A stretch of 64,000 nucleotides of DNA. It comes from an uncultured Acidobacteriota bacterium. GTDB lineage: Bacteria > Acidobacteriota > UBA6911. This document shows positions 1-10,232 of the stretch, piece by piece. The translations under genes were made by a program, and so were the position numbers. The notes under the pieces are model-generated. The model worked only from the letters and a program-made list of their open reading frames with translations, was not told the DNA's origin and made no database searches. The stretch is from the NCBI GenBank assembly GCA_963827655.1, contig CAWHCF010000022.1:64001-128000 (forward strand), written 5' to 3'. Every line of letters begins with the position of its first letter. Positions within the stretch are counted from its first letter, which is position 1.

Positions 1-2
1 AG

Positions 3-1016
3 AATGCCTACATACAGGCCTGGAACTTGAGCATCCAGCGCCAGTTCCCCGGGCAGCTGGTGGTGGAAGCCGCCTACGCGGGTACGAAAGGCACTCGCCT
101 GCATCGACAGATTGTACTGAACCTCGCCGAGCCGCTGGGCCCCTCGGCCGTGGTTCCCGACCTGACCAACGATCCGAACATCCGCAGCGACATCGGTGAG
201 GTCGGGCGCAATCAGATGCGGCGGCTGGTGCCGGTAACGATAGAGCAGGGGGTGATCATACCCCTGGCCAACGTCTTCGAAGAACAGTCCACGGCGTTTT
301 CGAACTACCATGGCGGCACGCTGCGGATTGAAAGGCGCTTCAGCCAGGGCCTGACCTTCCTTTCCACGTATACGTTCTCGAAAGGCATGTCCGACAACCC
401 GGGGTGGCGCGGCGGGGGCCAAGGGCTCTCGTCCGCGGGAGCGCAGAACATCCTGGATCGCAAGATGGAGAAGGGGCTGGCGGATCTGGACCATCGTCAT
501 CGCTTCACGACCGCGGCCGTGTACGAGTGGCCGTTCGGCCGGGACGGCAGCGGGATGGTCAGGAAGCTGATCGGCGGCTGGGCGACCGATGTGATCATCC
601 AGCTGCAATCGGGGCTGCCCATGACCCCACAGCACCAGGGTGACGTGGGATCCATGGGGACCGACCAGGCATTGCGGCCCGACCTCGTCTGCGATCCCGA
701 CCTTCCGCGCGGCGAGCAGACCGTCGAGAGGTTCTTCAACACGGACTGCTTCGTCAGGCAGGTACCGATGCGGTATGGAACGGCCGGACGCTCGGTGATC
801 CTGGGACCCGGAACTATCGGGATCGACCTCGGGGTTCGCAAAGATACTCGTATTACCGAAAGGGTCAACCTGCAGTTCCGGGCGGAGTTTTTCAATCTCC
901 CCAATCATCCCAACTTCAATCCTCCGAACAAGCGGTTGGGTTCAACACTCTTCGGGCGAGTCACCTCCGCCCGAGATCCCAGGATCATTCAGTTCGGATT
1001 GAAACTCGGGTTTTGA
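3..1016 (+). CDS. TonB-dependent receptor-like outer-membrane protein (Oar/acidobacterial type), C-terminal part; begins before window
   Basis: Open from the window edge; barrel motifs LQFRAEFFNLPNHPNF and C-terminal PRIIQFGLKLGF ending in Phe. Confidence 0.85.
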   Translation, partial: NAYIQAWNLSIQRQFPGQLVVEAAYAGTKGTRLHRQIVLNLAEPLGPSAVVPDLTNDPNIRSDIGEVGRNQMRRLVPVTIEQGVIIPLANVFEEQSTAFSNYHGGTLRIERRFSQGLTFLSTYTFSKGMSDNPGWRGGGQGLSSAGAQNILDRKMEKGLADLDHRHRFTTAAVYEWPFGRDGSGMVRKLIGGWATDVIIQLQSGLPMTPQHQGDVGSMGTDQALRPDLVCDPDLPRGEQTVERFFNTDCFVRQVPMRYGTAGRSVILGPGTIGIDLGVRKDTRITERVNLQFRAEFFNLPNHPNFNPPNKRLGSTLFGRVTSARDPRIIQFGLKLGF

Positions 1017-1057
1017 AGTATGATCATCGCAGCGATTTTTTCACCGGAGGCCGATTG

Positions 1058-3867
1058 ATGTCGAGCCGCTATCTCTTGCCGCTTTTCTTAGCCGTCGCTG
1101 TCTTACGCTTTCGCGCAGGACAACGCTACCGTGTTCTTCGAGGCCCGCATTCGGCCGGTGCTCGCGGACAAGTGTTACGCGTGTCATACCGCGTCGAAAC
1201 TAGGCGAACTGCGGCTGGACTCCCGTGACGCGATGCTCCAGGGCGGCAAGTCGGGACCTGCGATCGTCCCTGGAAAGCCGGATGAGAGCCGCCTGATTCG
1301 GGCCGTCAAGCACATGGACCCGCGGCTGAAGATGCCGATGGCCGGCGACAAGCTGTCAGAGCGCGAGATCGCGGACCTGGCCCAGTGGATTCAGGCCGGG
1401 GCGCCGTGGCCGGAACCCGCCGCGACGTCCAAGCCGGCGGAGGCAAAAAAGGGCTTTGCGATTACTGCGGAGCAAAGGGCGTTCTGGTCCTTTCAGCCGC
1501 TTCGAAAACCTCCGCTTCCCGAGGTCAAAGACGCCGGCTGGACGAAGAATCCGGTCGATCGCTTCATCCTCGCCAGGCTGGAAGCAAAGGGACTGAAGCC
1601 CGTCAAGCCCGCCGACAAGCGGGTGCTGCTTCGCCGCGCCAGCTATGATCTGACCGGATTGCCGCCGACCCCGGAGCAGGTTGATGCTTTCCTGGCTGAC
1701 AATTCGCCCGACGCCTTCGCGAAGGTCGTGGATCGGCTGCTCGCTTCGCCCCACTACGGAGAAAGATGGGGCCGGCACTGGCTGGATGTCGCGCGTTACG
1801 CCGACGGAGACGGCCGTCCCGATCGCCGGCCTGTCTTCATCGGATATGGCACGGCACGCGACGGGTATGTGAATACGTGGCGCTACCGCGACTGGGTGAT
1901 CGATGCTTTGAATCGCGACATGCCTTACGACCTTTTCGTCAAGGCGCAGATCGCAGCCGATCTGATGCCGGGCGACAGAAAGAACCTGCTGCCGGGCCTG
2001 GGGTTTTTCGGGCTGGGACCATGGTTCACCGGCGACGACGTCGTGTTCGTGGAGGCGAGAGCCAACGAGCGCGACGACAAGATCGACGCCCTGACCAAAG
2101 GCTTCCTCGGGCTGACCGCCACCTGCGCGCGCTGCCACGACCACAAGTACGACCCGATTTCACAGAAAGATTACTACGGGCTCGGAGGCGTCTTCTGGAA
2201 CTCCGGGTATTGGGAATACAACCTGGCTTCCGACGATGAGGTGGCCCGGTACAAGGCTCAGTGGAAGAAGATCAAGGCACAGCAAGCCGCTATCGAAGAC
2301 TTCGCTGATGAGATCGCTATTCAGGTGGCAGAGACCCTGGCCGCGCAGGCCTCGCGGTACATGATGGCGGCCCGAAGGGTCTTGATGAGCAATCCCAGGC
2401 CGGACCTGGCCAGGCTCGCCGACAGAGGAGAAACTTGATCTCGAAACCTTCCAGAGGTGGGTCAAGTACCTGGCCGAGCCCGCGCTGAGGGAGCACCGCT
2501 ATCTGCGCGAGTGGGACATGCTGATGGCTCGCGGGGGAGGGTCGGAGGAAGAGGCCCGACGGCTGGCCAAGCAGTTCAGGCAGCTTCTTGTCGCCGTCAT
2601 CGCCGAGAAGAAAGCGGTCAACGCCGCCAATGAGGAGCTGAAACGAAACTACAAGCCAGACCCCAACGAGGCCAGCGCCTCGCTGCCCGGCGACCTGATG
2701 CAGTTCGAGATGTTCCAGTTCAAGCAGTCAATGGTTCAGAAGGTGGTCGAGACCGAGAAGTACTACGTCTGGTTGGACGTGGTGCAAGGCGAGCCGGGCT
2801 CGCCGGATTACCCGAGGCGGGAGGCCATCTTTGAGTACCCCGGCAAGAAGCTCCTTCGGTTCTTGAGCGCCGAGCAGAAGGGGAAACTGGAAGCGATGGA
2901 GGCCGAGCTGGCCGCGCTGGAAAAGGCGCTGCCGGCCGAGTATCCGTACCTCATGGGCCTGGCGGATAACGGGAAGGTTGAAAATGTGAAGCTGAATATC
3001 CGCGGGAATCCGCATGCTCTGGGTGACGAGATTCCGCGTGGTTTTCCTGCTATTCTCGCCGGCACCGCTGGCGAGCCGGCGCCGTTCACCAACGGAAGCG
3101 GACGGCTGGAACTGGCCGAAGCGATCGTCCGCCACCCGCTGGCCGCGCGGGTCATGGCCAACCGGATCTGGATGCATCATTTCGGCCGCGGCATCGTGAC
3201 AACCCCCAGTAACTTCGGCACGATGGGCGACCGTCCCACGCATCCGGAACTGCTCGAGTATCTCGCCCACCTGTTGGTCGAGAAGAACTGGTCATTGAAG
3301 GCCATTCACCGCGAGATCATGCTCTCGGCCGGGTACCAGCTGGGCTATGAACAGGCAGAGCCGAACGCAACCACCGATCCCGACAACAAGCTCTTCTGGC
3401 GGGCTAACCTGCGTCGTCTCGACGCCGAGGCGTTGCGGGACTCGCTGCTGTTCGTATCGGGCAACCTGGATGAGAACTGCGGCGGCCCGCCTCAGGAGCT
3501 GACCAGCCTGGAAAACAAGAAGCGCACCGTGTATGGCAGAATCCGACGAAGCCCCGACGGCATGCTTCAGCTGTTTGACTTCCCTGACCCAACGGTCAGC
3601 GGCGATCAGAGGAGCGCCACGAATGTTCCGCTGCAGGGCTTGTTTTTCCTGAACAGCGACCTGGTCTGGCGTCAGGCCGAGCTGCTGGTCAAACGTCTGG
3701 GCTCCGAAGGAGATGTACCCAAAATCCACAGGGCCTACCGCCTGCTTTACGGCAGGCAGGCGACAGAGGCTGAGGTCCAGCGCGGGCTTCGGTTCCTCGA
3801 GCAAGGGGACTGGCGGCAGTATGCGCAAGTGCTGCTCAGTTCCGGTGAATTCTACTATTTGAACTGA
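1058..3867 (+). CDS. Planctomycete cytochrome c + DUF1549 (PSCyt2) + DUF1553 (PSD1) protein; apparent frameshifts near 1110 and 2430
   Basis: Signal-like N-terminus from ATG 1058 (GGAGG upstream); FFEARIRPVLADKCYACH; YGERWGRHWLDVARYAD; CARCHDHKYD; NRIWMHHFGRGIV; RRLDAEALRD. ORFs 1131-2438 and 2518-3867. Confidence 0.85.
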
Positions 3868-3879
3868 AGTGATAAGCGT

Positions 3880-5280
3880 ATGACACACTCGTTTCCATCG
3901 CGTCCCGTGAGTCGCCGCCAGGCGCTGCGCCAGATCGGCGCGGGGTTTGGAATGGCGGCCTTCGCTCAGACCGCCATTAGCCTGCCCGGCAATCCCTGGT
4001 CGGTGAAACAGCCCCATTTCCCGCCGCGCGCCAAGCGCGTGATTTTTTTGTTTCTCAACGGCGGCCTGTCTCAGATCGACTCGTTTGACTACAAGCCGCT
4101 GCTCGACAAGTACGACGGCAAGCCCCTGCCTTACGAGATGCCGAGGACCGAGTTCGCTGTCGGCAACCTGATGAAATCGCCGTTCCGGTTCAAGCAATAC
4201 GGCGCGAACGGCACCTGGGTAAGCGAGATTTTTCCGCGCATGGCCGGGATCATTGACGAATTCTGCATAATCCGGTCGATGACTTCGGACATTCCCAACC
4301 ACGGCCCTTCAATACTGATGATGAATACCGGCCAGAGCCGGGTCGGCCGGCCCTCTATGGGCTCGTGGATCACCTACGGCCTGGGCACCGAGAATCAGAA
4401 CCTGCCGGGATTCATCGTGCTCTCGCCGGCGGCGTCCGGCGATGGCGGCAGCAGCCGCTGGGGCTCGGCCTTCTTGCCTGCCGTTTACCAGGGCACGTTC
4501 GTGTCGGATCGAGAGAGCGATCCGCAAAAGCAGATCCAGTATCTGAAGAATAGCCGCCTGAATTCGGCCGAACAGCGCCGGCAACTGGATCTCCTGGGCG
4601 AACTGAACCGGGGCTACATGGAACAGCTGCAGTCGGCCCCCGAGCTGGAGGCGACCATTCAGTCCATGGAGGTGGCTTTCCGGATGCAAACCGAAGCGGC
4701 GGACGTGTTCGACATCCGGAAAGAAAGTCAAGCGACTCTCGATCGGTATGGCGACGGAGATTTCGCTCGAGGCTGCCTGATGGCGCGCCGTTTGGTCGAG
4801 CACGGGGTCCGGATGGTGCAGGTCTATTACGGCAACGCCAACGACTGGGACCAGCACGCCGACATCATGGGTCACAAGGTGCACGCACAGAAGTCGGACG
4901 GTGCCATTGCCGCTCTCATACAGGACCTGAAGGAACGCGGCCTCCTCGACGAAACCCTGGTGCTCATCGGAAGCGAATTCGGCCGGACACCGGTTCTTAA
5001 CCTCGGCGGCTTCCGGTCGGTCCATAACGGCCGGGACCACAATGTTCACGGCTTTACCTACCTGCTGGCCGGAGGCGGTGTTAAACCCGGGATGATCTAC
5101 GGCGCCACCGATGATTTCGGCTTCAAGGTCGCGGAGAATCCGATCCACGTCCATGACCTGCACGCCACAGTTCTGCACTTACTCGGCCTGGACCACGAGA
5201 AGCTGACCTACCGTTACAGCGGGCGTGATTTCCGGCTGACCGACGTGGAAGGCCGCGTAGTCAAAGAAATCATCGCCTGA
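3880..5280 (+). CDS. DUF1501 domain protein with Tat-like signal
   Basis: SRRQALR N-terminus; AKRVIFLFLNGGLSQIDSFD; SEFGRTP; GRDHN; HVHDLHATVLHLLG. Confidence 0.9.
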   Translation: MTHSFPSRPVSRRQALRQIGAGFGMAAFAQTAISLPGNPWSVKQPHFPPRAKRVIFLFLNGGLSQIDSFDYKPLLDKYDGKPLPYEMPRTEFAVGNLMKSPFRFKQYGANGTWVSEIFPRMAGIIDEFCIIRSMTSDIPNHGPSILMMNTGQSRVGRPSMGSWITYGLGTENQNLPGFIVLSPAASGDGGSSRWGSAFLPAVYQGTFVSDRESDPQKQIQYLKNSRLNSAEQRRQLDLLGELNRGYMEQLQSAPELEATIQSMEVAFRMQTEAADVFDIRKESQATLDRYGDGDFARGCLMARRLVEHGVRMVQVYYGNANDWDQHADIMGHKVHAQKSDGAIAALIQDLKERGLLDETLVLIGSEFGRTPVLNLGGFRSVHNGRDHNVHGFTYLLAGGGVKPGMIYGATDDFGFKVAENPIHVHDLHATVLHLLGLDHEKLTYRYSGRDFRLTDVEGRVVKEIIA

Positions 5281-5292
5281 GGCCCGTCAATT

Positions 5293-5370
5293 CGGTGACA
5301 GGCTCCAAATTGCGCGGTTAAGACAGGCGAAGTACCGCTGTTTTGCCAAGCAATTTGGTGCCTGTCATCG
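5293..5370. repeat. Inverted-repeat (REP/MITE-like) element, GGTGCCTGTCA family
   Basis: cggtgacaggctccaaattgc (5293-5313) vs gcaatttggtgcctgtcatcg (5350-5370): 21-bp IR with 2 mismatches; related half-copy near 6767-6782. Confidence 0.7.
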
Positions 5371-5420
5371 TATTTCTGTCAGCGAATTCGCCACAGAGCA
5401 CCCCAAAGAGGAAACAAGCC

Positions 5421-6755
5421 GTGAACCGACGAAACGTGCTCAAGACCTTTGGGGCGGCAGGAACCGGGCTGCTGGCGGGAGGCGGGCCGCTGGCAGCGGC
5501 GCAGGAGACGGCGCGAAAGGGAATGCCGCCGCTTAAAATCACCGACGTGAAGGTGATCCTCACGCAGCCGGCCAGCGATCACCTCGTGATCGTCAAGGTG
5601 ATGACCAATGAGCCGGGCCTGTACGGCGTCGGCTGCGCCACGCATCGGGAACGTCCGCTGGCGGTTGCCGCGGCCATCGAGCAGTACCTGAAGCCCTTCG
5701 TCACGGGCCGTAACTGCGACGAGATCGAGGACATCTGGCAGTCGGCGTACGTCGCCTCCTACTTCCGCAGCGGGGTGACACTCAACAACGCGATGAGCGG
5801 TATTGACGGAGCTCTTTGGGACATCCTGGGCAAGCGCTGCAATGTGCCCGTGTACAAACTGCTCGGCGGCAAGGTCCGCACCGCCGTACCGCTATACTGC
5901 CATGCCAGTGCCCGCGACTTCTCGGAACTGGAAGACCAGGTGCGCAAGTGGATGTCACAGGGCTACCGGTATGTCCGGGTGCATCAGGCCGTGCCCGGCT
6001 TCGCCGGCTACGGTGTCCGGGCCGAGACAGCCCCGGAAGTGCAAAAGCTGCGGCCGGACGGCACTCCGCCGTCACCGGTGTTCGAGCCGACACCCTACGT
6101 GAACAACACGATCAAGATGTTCGAGCAACTCCGGGCTCGCCTGGGCTTCGACGTCGAACTGCTCCATGACATCCACGAGCGCGTGCCGCCCAACCAGGCG
6201 ATCCAGCTCTGCAAGGCGGTAGAGCCTTACCGGCCGTTCTTCATGGAAGATCCCTTTTCCCCTGAAGACGTCGCCTGGTTTCGCATTCTCCGGCCGCAGA
6301 CCTCTTGCGCGATCGCGATGGGCGAGCTCTTCGTCAACCGCAACGAGTGGGTGTTCCTTGTCGCCGAGCGGCTCATCGACTTCATCCGGATCCACATCTC
6401 GGCGGTCGGCGGCCTGAACATGGCGCGCAAGGTCGCCGCCTGCTGCGAGTTTTTCAACGTGCGCACGGCCTGGCACGGCCCGGGCAACGTCTCGCCGATT
6501 GGCCATGCGGTGAACATGCACCTGGACCTGGCGACGTACAACTTCGGCATTCAGGAGCAGAACCTGTTTTCAGATACCGTTCGCGAGGTGTTCCCTGGGG
6601 CGCCCGAGATCAAGGGCGGCTACATGTATGCCAACGACAAGCCGGGACTGGGGATCGACATCGATGAGAAGCTTGCGGCGAAATTCCCGTACAGCACGCC
6701 GGGTGGCAGCCGCGGCAATGACCGGCGACTGGATGGGACGATAGTCCGGCCGTGA
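5421..6755 (+). CDS. Enolase-superfamily sugar-acid dehydratase (ManD/RspA-like) with Tat signal
   Basis: GTG start with GAGG; NRRNVLK; SGIDGALWDILGK; LLHDIHER; FFMEDP; AMGEL; TAWHGP; PGLGIDIDE. Confidence 0.85.
   Translation: MNRRNVLKTFGAAGTGLLAGGGPLAAAQETARKGMPPLKITDVKVILTQPASDHLVIVKVMTNEPGLYGVGCATHRERPLAVAAAIEQYLKPFVTGRNCDEIEDIWQSAYVASYFRSGVTLNNAMSGIDGALWDILGKRCNVPVYKLLGGKVRTAVPLYCHASARDFSELEDQVRKWMSQGYRYVRVHQAVPGFAGYGVRAETAPEVQKLRPDGTPPSPVFEPTPYVNNTIKMFEQLRARLGFDVELLHDIHERVPPNQAIQLCKAVEPYRPFFMEDPFSPEDVAWFRILRPQTSCAIAMGELFVNRNEWVFLVAERLIDFIRIHISAVGGLNMARKVAACCEFFNVRTAWHGPGNVSPIGHAVNMHLDLATYNFGIQEQNLFSDTVREVFPGAPEIKGGYMYANDKPGLGIDIDEKLAAKFPYSTPGGSRGNDRRLDGTIVRP
6093..6118 (+). repeat. 26-bp direct repeat, copy 1 (inside dehydratase gene)
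   Basis: ccctacgtgaacaacacgatcaagat identical to 8253-8278. Confidence 0.9.
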
Positions 6756-6950
6756 AAGAATAGGAAATGGTACCGTCACCTTAGGGTTCGCGCAGAAATA
6801 GTCGGTGGGATTACCGCGGCATTCCGTTCGCGGCGCCCCCGCAATTCGCTTGCTCCTCGGGCGCTCTCGCGATAGAAACGCTTACACATCGCGGCGGTGC
6901 GCGGGTCAGCGGGCGAGCAACCGTAGAATAGCAATGGAAGGACGCAGTCG

Positions 6951-7349
6951 ATGGCCACACTGGGACTGATCGAATACGGGGATGCCACGCCGGACGTCCG
7001 CGCGGTCTATGACGACATCATGGCAACACGCGGCGTCGACCGGGTCAACAACTTCTGGAAGGCCATCGCCCACGACCCGGCGACGCTGCGTCGGACCTGG
7101 GACGCCGTCAAGCAGACCATGGCGCCGGGAGCGCTCGACGCCCTCACTAAAGAGATGCTCTATCTGGCCGTCAGCACGACGAACCAGTGCGGCTACTGCA
7201 TCGCATCCCACACGGCAGCGGCGCGCAAGCAGGGGATGACCGATTCCATGCTGGCCGAGCTGATGGCTGTCGTCGGGTTGGCCAACGCTACCAACCGGCT
7301 GGCGAGCGGCTACCAGGTCGAGATCGACGACCAGTTCAAGACGTTTTAG
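6951..7349 (+). CDS. Carboxymuconolactone decarboxylase / AhpD-like protein
   Basis: KEMLYLAVSTTNQCGYCIASH (CxxC..H AhpD core). Confidence 0.85.
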   Translation: MATLGLIEYGDATPDVRAVYDDIMATRGVDRVNNFWKAIAHDPATLRRTWDAVKQTMAPGALDALTKEMLYLAVSTTNQCGYCIASHTAAARKQGMTDSMLAELMAVVGLANATNRLASGYQVEIDDQFKTF

Positions 7350-7429
7350 TCCGTTGAGTGTCCCGCGATGAAAGAAGCCGAGCATGCTCAGAGGCGTCGA
7401 GTCGACGGCGGAAGCAAAGGGTGAAGTCT

Positions 7430-7521
7430 TTGACAGGAAACGGGCGAACGAGTCTTCCGTTGCCGCAACTCGCACAGGAGCCGCATTCATTTCCTCGAGA
7501 GCGGAACTTTTCAACTGGCAT
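7430..7521 (-). pseudogene. Possible remnant of a small hypothetical gene (MPVEKFRS/LEEMNAAPVRV...)
   Basis: ATG 7521 with GGAG upstream; plausible peptide only if a 1-nt shift near 7498 is assumed; lower boundary approximate. Confidence 0.3.
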
Positions 7522-7555
7522 GGTCGCAGTCTTCTCCGACCTGACCACAGTTCGG

Positions 7556-7954
7556 TCACGCCTCGAGCAGCTTGAGCGGAGCAACCTCTGCGATCGTGCG
7601 AAAGTCGGCGTCGTTTTCCAAGAGCGAAGCGGTTTCTTCGATGGCGCAGGCTGCAATCAGGCAGTCGGCCGGACTGCGGATCGTTCTGCCTTTCTTCCGC
7701 AGAGCGCGGAAGATCTCCGCCGAATGAATGAAAAGCGGTTGCTTCATTTCAAGATACGTGAAGTCACTCAACAGTAGGTCCCGAACTCGACGAAACTGCG
7801 CGTCGCTTCTCAGACCACGCAAGATCTCCTCAAGGATGACTCCCGGAACGCCGACGTCCTCCGGCCCCTCGATGACCACGCGTGCCCGGTCCGCTTTCGG
7901 ATGATCGATTCCGTTCAGTAGAGGGATCCAGACACTAGTGTCGATGATGATCAC
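7556..7954 (-). CDS. vapC: PIN-domain toxin, VapC family
   Basis: IIIDTSVWI; EEILRG; DCLIAACA; LLENDADF; GTGA overlap with upstream antitoxin. Confidence 0.88.
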   Translation of the reverse strand: MIIIDTSVWIPLLNGIDHPKADRARVVIEGPEDVGVPGVILEEILRGLRSDAQFRRVRDLLLSDFTYLEMKQPLFIHSAEIFRALRKKGRTIRSPADCLIAACAIEETASLLENDADFRTIAEVAPLKLLEA

Positions 7955-8163
7955 GCAAACCGCCGACCACGCCGCATCGCCGAGAGATCCCCTTCCCACT
8001 TTACTTTGCCGGCAAGCCGCAGGATGCGGCGGCGGCGAAGATTCCGGACCAGTCGTCGCAAAGCCAGATCAATCACGTCCTTCGTGAAGCGAGCTCCGGT
8101 GAGATCCTTGGCCGTTTCGACGAGTTCCTCGTCCAGTAGAACATTCGTTTTCTTCACGCTCAT
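7951..8163 (-). CDS. vapB: VapB-family antitoxin
   Basis: KKTNVLLDEELVETA...VIDLALR...KVKWEGDLSAMR; coupled to PIN gene. Confidence 0.85.
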   Translation of the reverse strand: MSVKKTNVLLDEELVETAKDLTGARFTKDVIDLALRRLVRNLRRRRILRLAGKVKWEGDLSAMRRGRRFA

Positions 8164-8184
8164 CGTCTTGTCTTCCTGTGGAGA

Positions 8185-8216
8185 CACATTTTACGTGAGG
8201 AAATGTGGCTCAACAA
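8185..8216 (-). promoter_or_regulatory. vapBC promoter with overlapping palindromic operator
   Basis: Minus strand TTGTTG-N17-TAAAAT; IR cacattt (8185-8191)/aaatgtg (8201-8207) overlaps the -10. Confidence 0.55.
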
Positions 8217-8252
8217 GTGGTGATTCGTTTAGACCGTGTTCGAAGTTCCTCG

Positions 8253-8278
8253 CCCTACGTGAACAACACGATCAAGAT
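8253..8278 (+). repeat. 26-bp direct repeat, copy 2 (intergenic)
   Basis: Identical to 6093-6118; both copies preceded by gtgttcga. Confidence 0.9.
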
Positions 8279-8341
8279 CAGATCGACTCTGAGACCCAAC
8301 AACAATGTGAACTAATTGTTGAGCGCGCGCTAAGGGGTTGC

Positions 8342-9754
8342 TCACAGGTGCATGACGACCATCTTGGTCTCGGTCATTTCCTGTACTGCGTAACGCGGTC
8401 CCTCCTTGCCGAACCCGCTCTCCTTGAGACCGCCGTAGGGCATCAGGTCGGCACGCCACTGCGGTCCCCAGTTGATGTGCAGATTGCCCGACTCGACTTC
8501 GCGAGCAAAACGCATCGCCGAGTCGAGGCTCTCGGTAAAGATGGCTGCCGAGAGGCCGTAACGGGTATCGTTAGCCAGCGCTATTGCCTCGTCCACGGTG
8601 TCGACCGGCGTAAACGTGACCGCAGGTCCGAACAGCTCTTCTGAAGAGACGCGCAGCCGCGGATCAACATCGGCCAGGACGGTCGGGGCATGCAAAGCGC
8701 CCCGGCGTGAGCCTCCCGTCACGAGCCGGGCACCCGCCTCGACAGCTTCACTCACCCACTCGGAAACCCGCTGCGCGTCCTTCTCCCGGATCATCGGCCC
8801 CATCCCGGTTGACTCGTCGAGCGGGTTCCCGGTCGAGATCGCCTCGACTCGCGGCTGCACGGCGTTTACCAGATCGGCGTAAATCTTGCGCAGGGGCAGG
8901 ATCCGCTGCGCGCTGATGCAGACCTGGCCGGCGTTGGCAAAGCCAGTGGCCGCGATCGCCTGGGCGGCTTTTTCGAGATCCGCGTCCGGCAGTACAATCA
9001 GCGGCGAGTTGCTCCCCAGCTCCATCGTGACCTTCTTCAGCCCGGCGATCTTGCAGATATGCTCCCCCACATCGCGGCTCCCCGTAAACGTGATCTTCCG
9101 CACGCGGCTGTCGGAACACAACGCATCGCCGATATCGCTGCCCGATCCGGTCAGGCACTGAATCCCCTCCGGCGGCATTCCCGCTTCCAGCAGAATCTCG
9201 GTCAGCTTGAGAGCCGTGAGCGGCGTGTCGGTGGCCGGCTTGAGAATCACGCTGTTCCCGGCAGCCAATGCCGGCCCGACCTTGTGCGCCACCAGATTGA
9301 GCGGAAAATTGAAGGGGCTGATCGCCACCACCACGCCGCATGGCACGCGGATAGTGAAGCCGAACCGGTTCCCGGCTCCGGGCGCGGCGTCGAGCGGCAC
9401 GACTTCCCCGCAGATCCGCTTCGCCTCTTCAGCGGACTCGCTCAGGGTCGCAACGGCGCGCGAAACTTCGAAACGCGACTCCGCCAGGATCTTTCCTTCC
9501 TCCAGCGTGATCGTACGAGCGAGATCTTCAGCCCGCTTCTCGAGGAGTTCCGCACTCCGCTTCAAACGAAGCCAGCGTTCGTGCGCGGGAAGCCGCTTCA
9601 TGACAGAAGCCCCTTTCGCTGCGAAGTCGAGCGCCCGCTCCACTTCGCCCGCTCCTGCGCGCGGAACCGTGTCGATCACTGAGCTATCGAACGGGTTTTC
9701 GACCGGGATCTGGCGCGACCCATCCACCCACTCACCGGCAAGGAACATCTTCAT
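8342..9754 (-). CDS. NAD(P)-dependent aldehyde dehydrogenase
   Basis: ISPFNFP; KPA; FTGS; MELGSNSP; AGQVCIS; EELFGP; PYGGLKESGFGKEG. Confidence 0.93.
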   Translation of the reverse strand: MKMFLAGEWVDGSRQIPVENPFDSSVIDTVPRAGAGEVERALDFAAKGASVMKRLPAHERWLRLKRSAELLEKRAEDLARTITLEEGKILAESRFEVSRAVATLSESAEEAKRICGEVVPLDAAPGAGNRFGFTIRVPCGVVVAISPFNFPLNLVAHKVGPALAAGNSVILKPATDTPLTALKLTEILLEAGMPPEGIQCLTGSGSDIGDALCSDSRVRKITFTGSRDVGEHICKIAGLKKVTMELGSNSPLIVLPDADLEKAAQAIAATGFANAGQVCISAQRILPLRKIYADLVNAVQPRVEAISTGNPLDESTGMGPMIREKDAQRVSEWVSEAVEAGARLVTGGSRRGALHAPTVLADVDPRLRVSSEELFGPAVTFTPVDTVDEAIALANDTRYGLSAAIFTESLDSAMRFAREVESGNLHINWGPQWRADLMPYGGLKESGFGKEGPRYAVQEMTETKMVVMHL

Positions 9755-10232
9755 AGTGGTTTCTCCCGCCCGGAGGCCGGGCAAAAAGCAGACCTCAACC
9801 CAAACTAAATGCCAACGATCGTGGCACCGCCTTCGATCGTGAAAGCATAGGAGATTCTATCTCGAGCGCGGCAAAGAATTCGCTCTCACTGCAGAAATTT
9901 TTCATCACTCCCGGACGATTTTCACGCCGCGAAACAAATTCAAGTCGCACAAAATGTCCCTTGCCAAGGATAAATTAGGTTCATAAGGAAAGGGAATTGG
10001 CTAAAATCTATGACGCAGCGCTGCCGATTCTCACTGAGAGCAGCACGATATGGACTGTTTCCTGAACCGGCTCGCACAGGTAATGGAACCCGTTAACCGT
10101 TTGAGAGCGAGGTCCTCCTTGAGCGGACACAACGAGGCGCAGAGTCCCGGCATCTTTTGCCCTGGCTTGCCCTCGGTGCCGACCGGACCCGCAAATGTTC
10201 GTCGGGCGAGCAACCACAACCCGGAGGTTTTT

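Noticed and set aside
6916-6922. cgggcgagcaacc shared between about 6910 and about 10203
   Set aside because: 13-bp GC-rich match could arise by chance in 64 kb
9960-10230. Possible riboswitch or leader peptide before the DUF1579-like gene
   Set aside because: Only short scattered hairpins; no known consensus, terminator or convincing ORF
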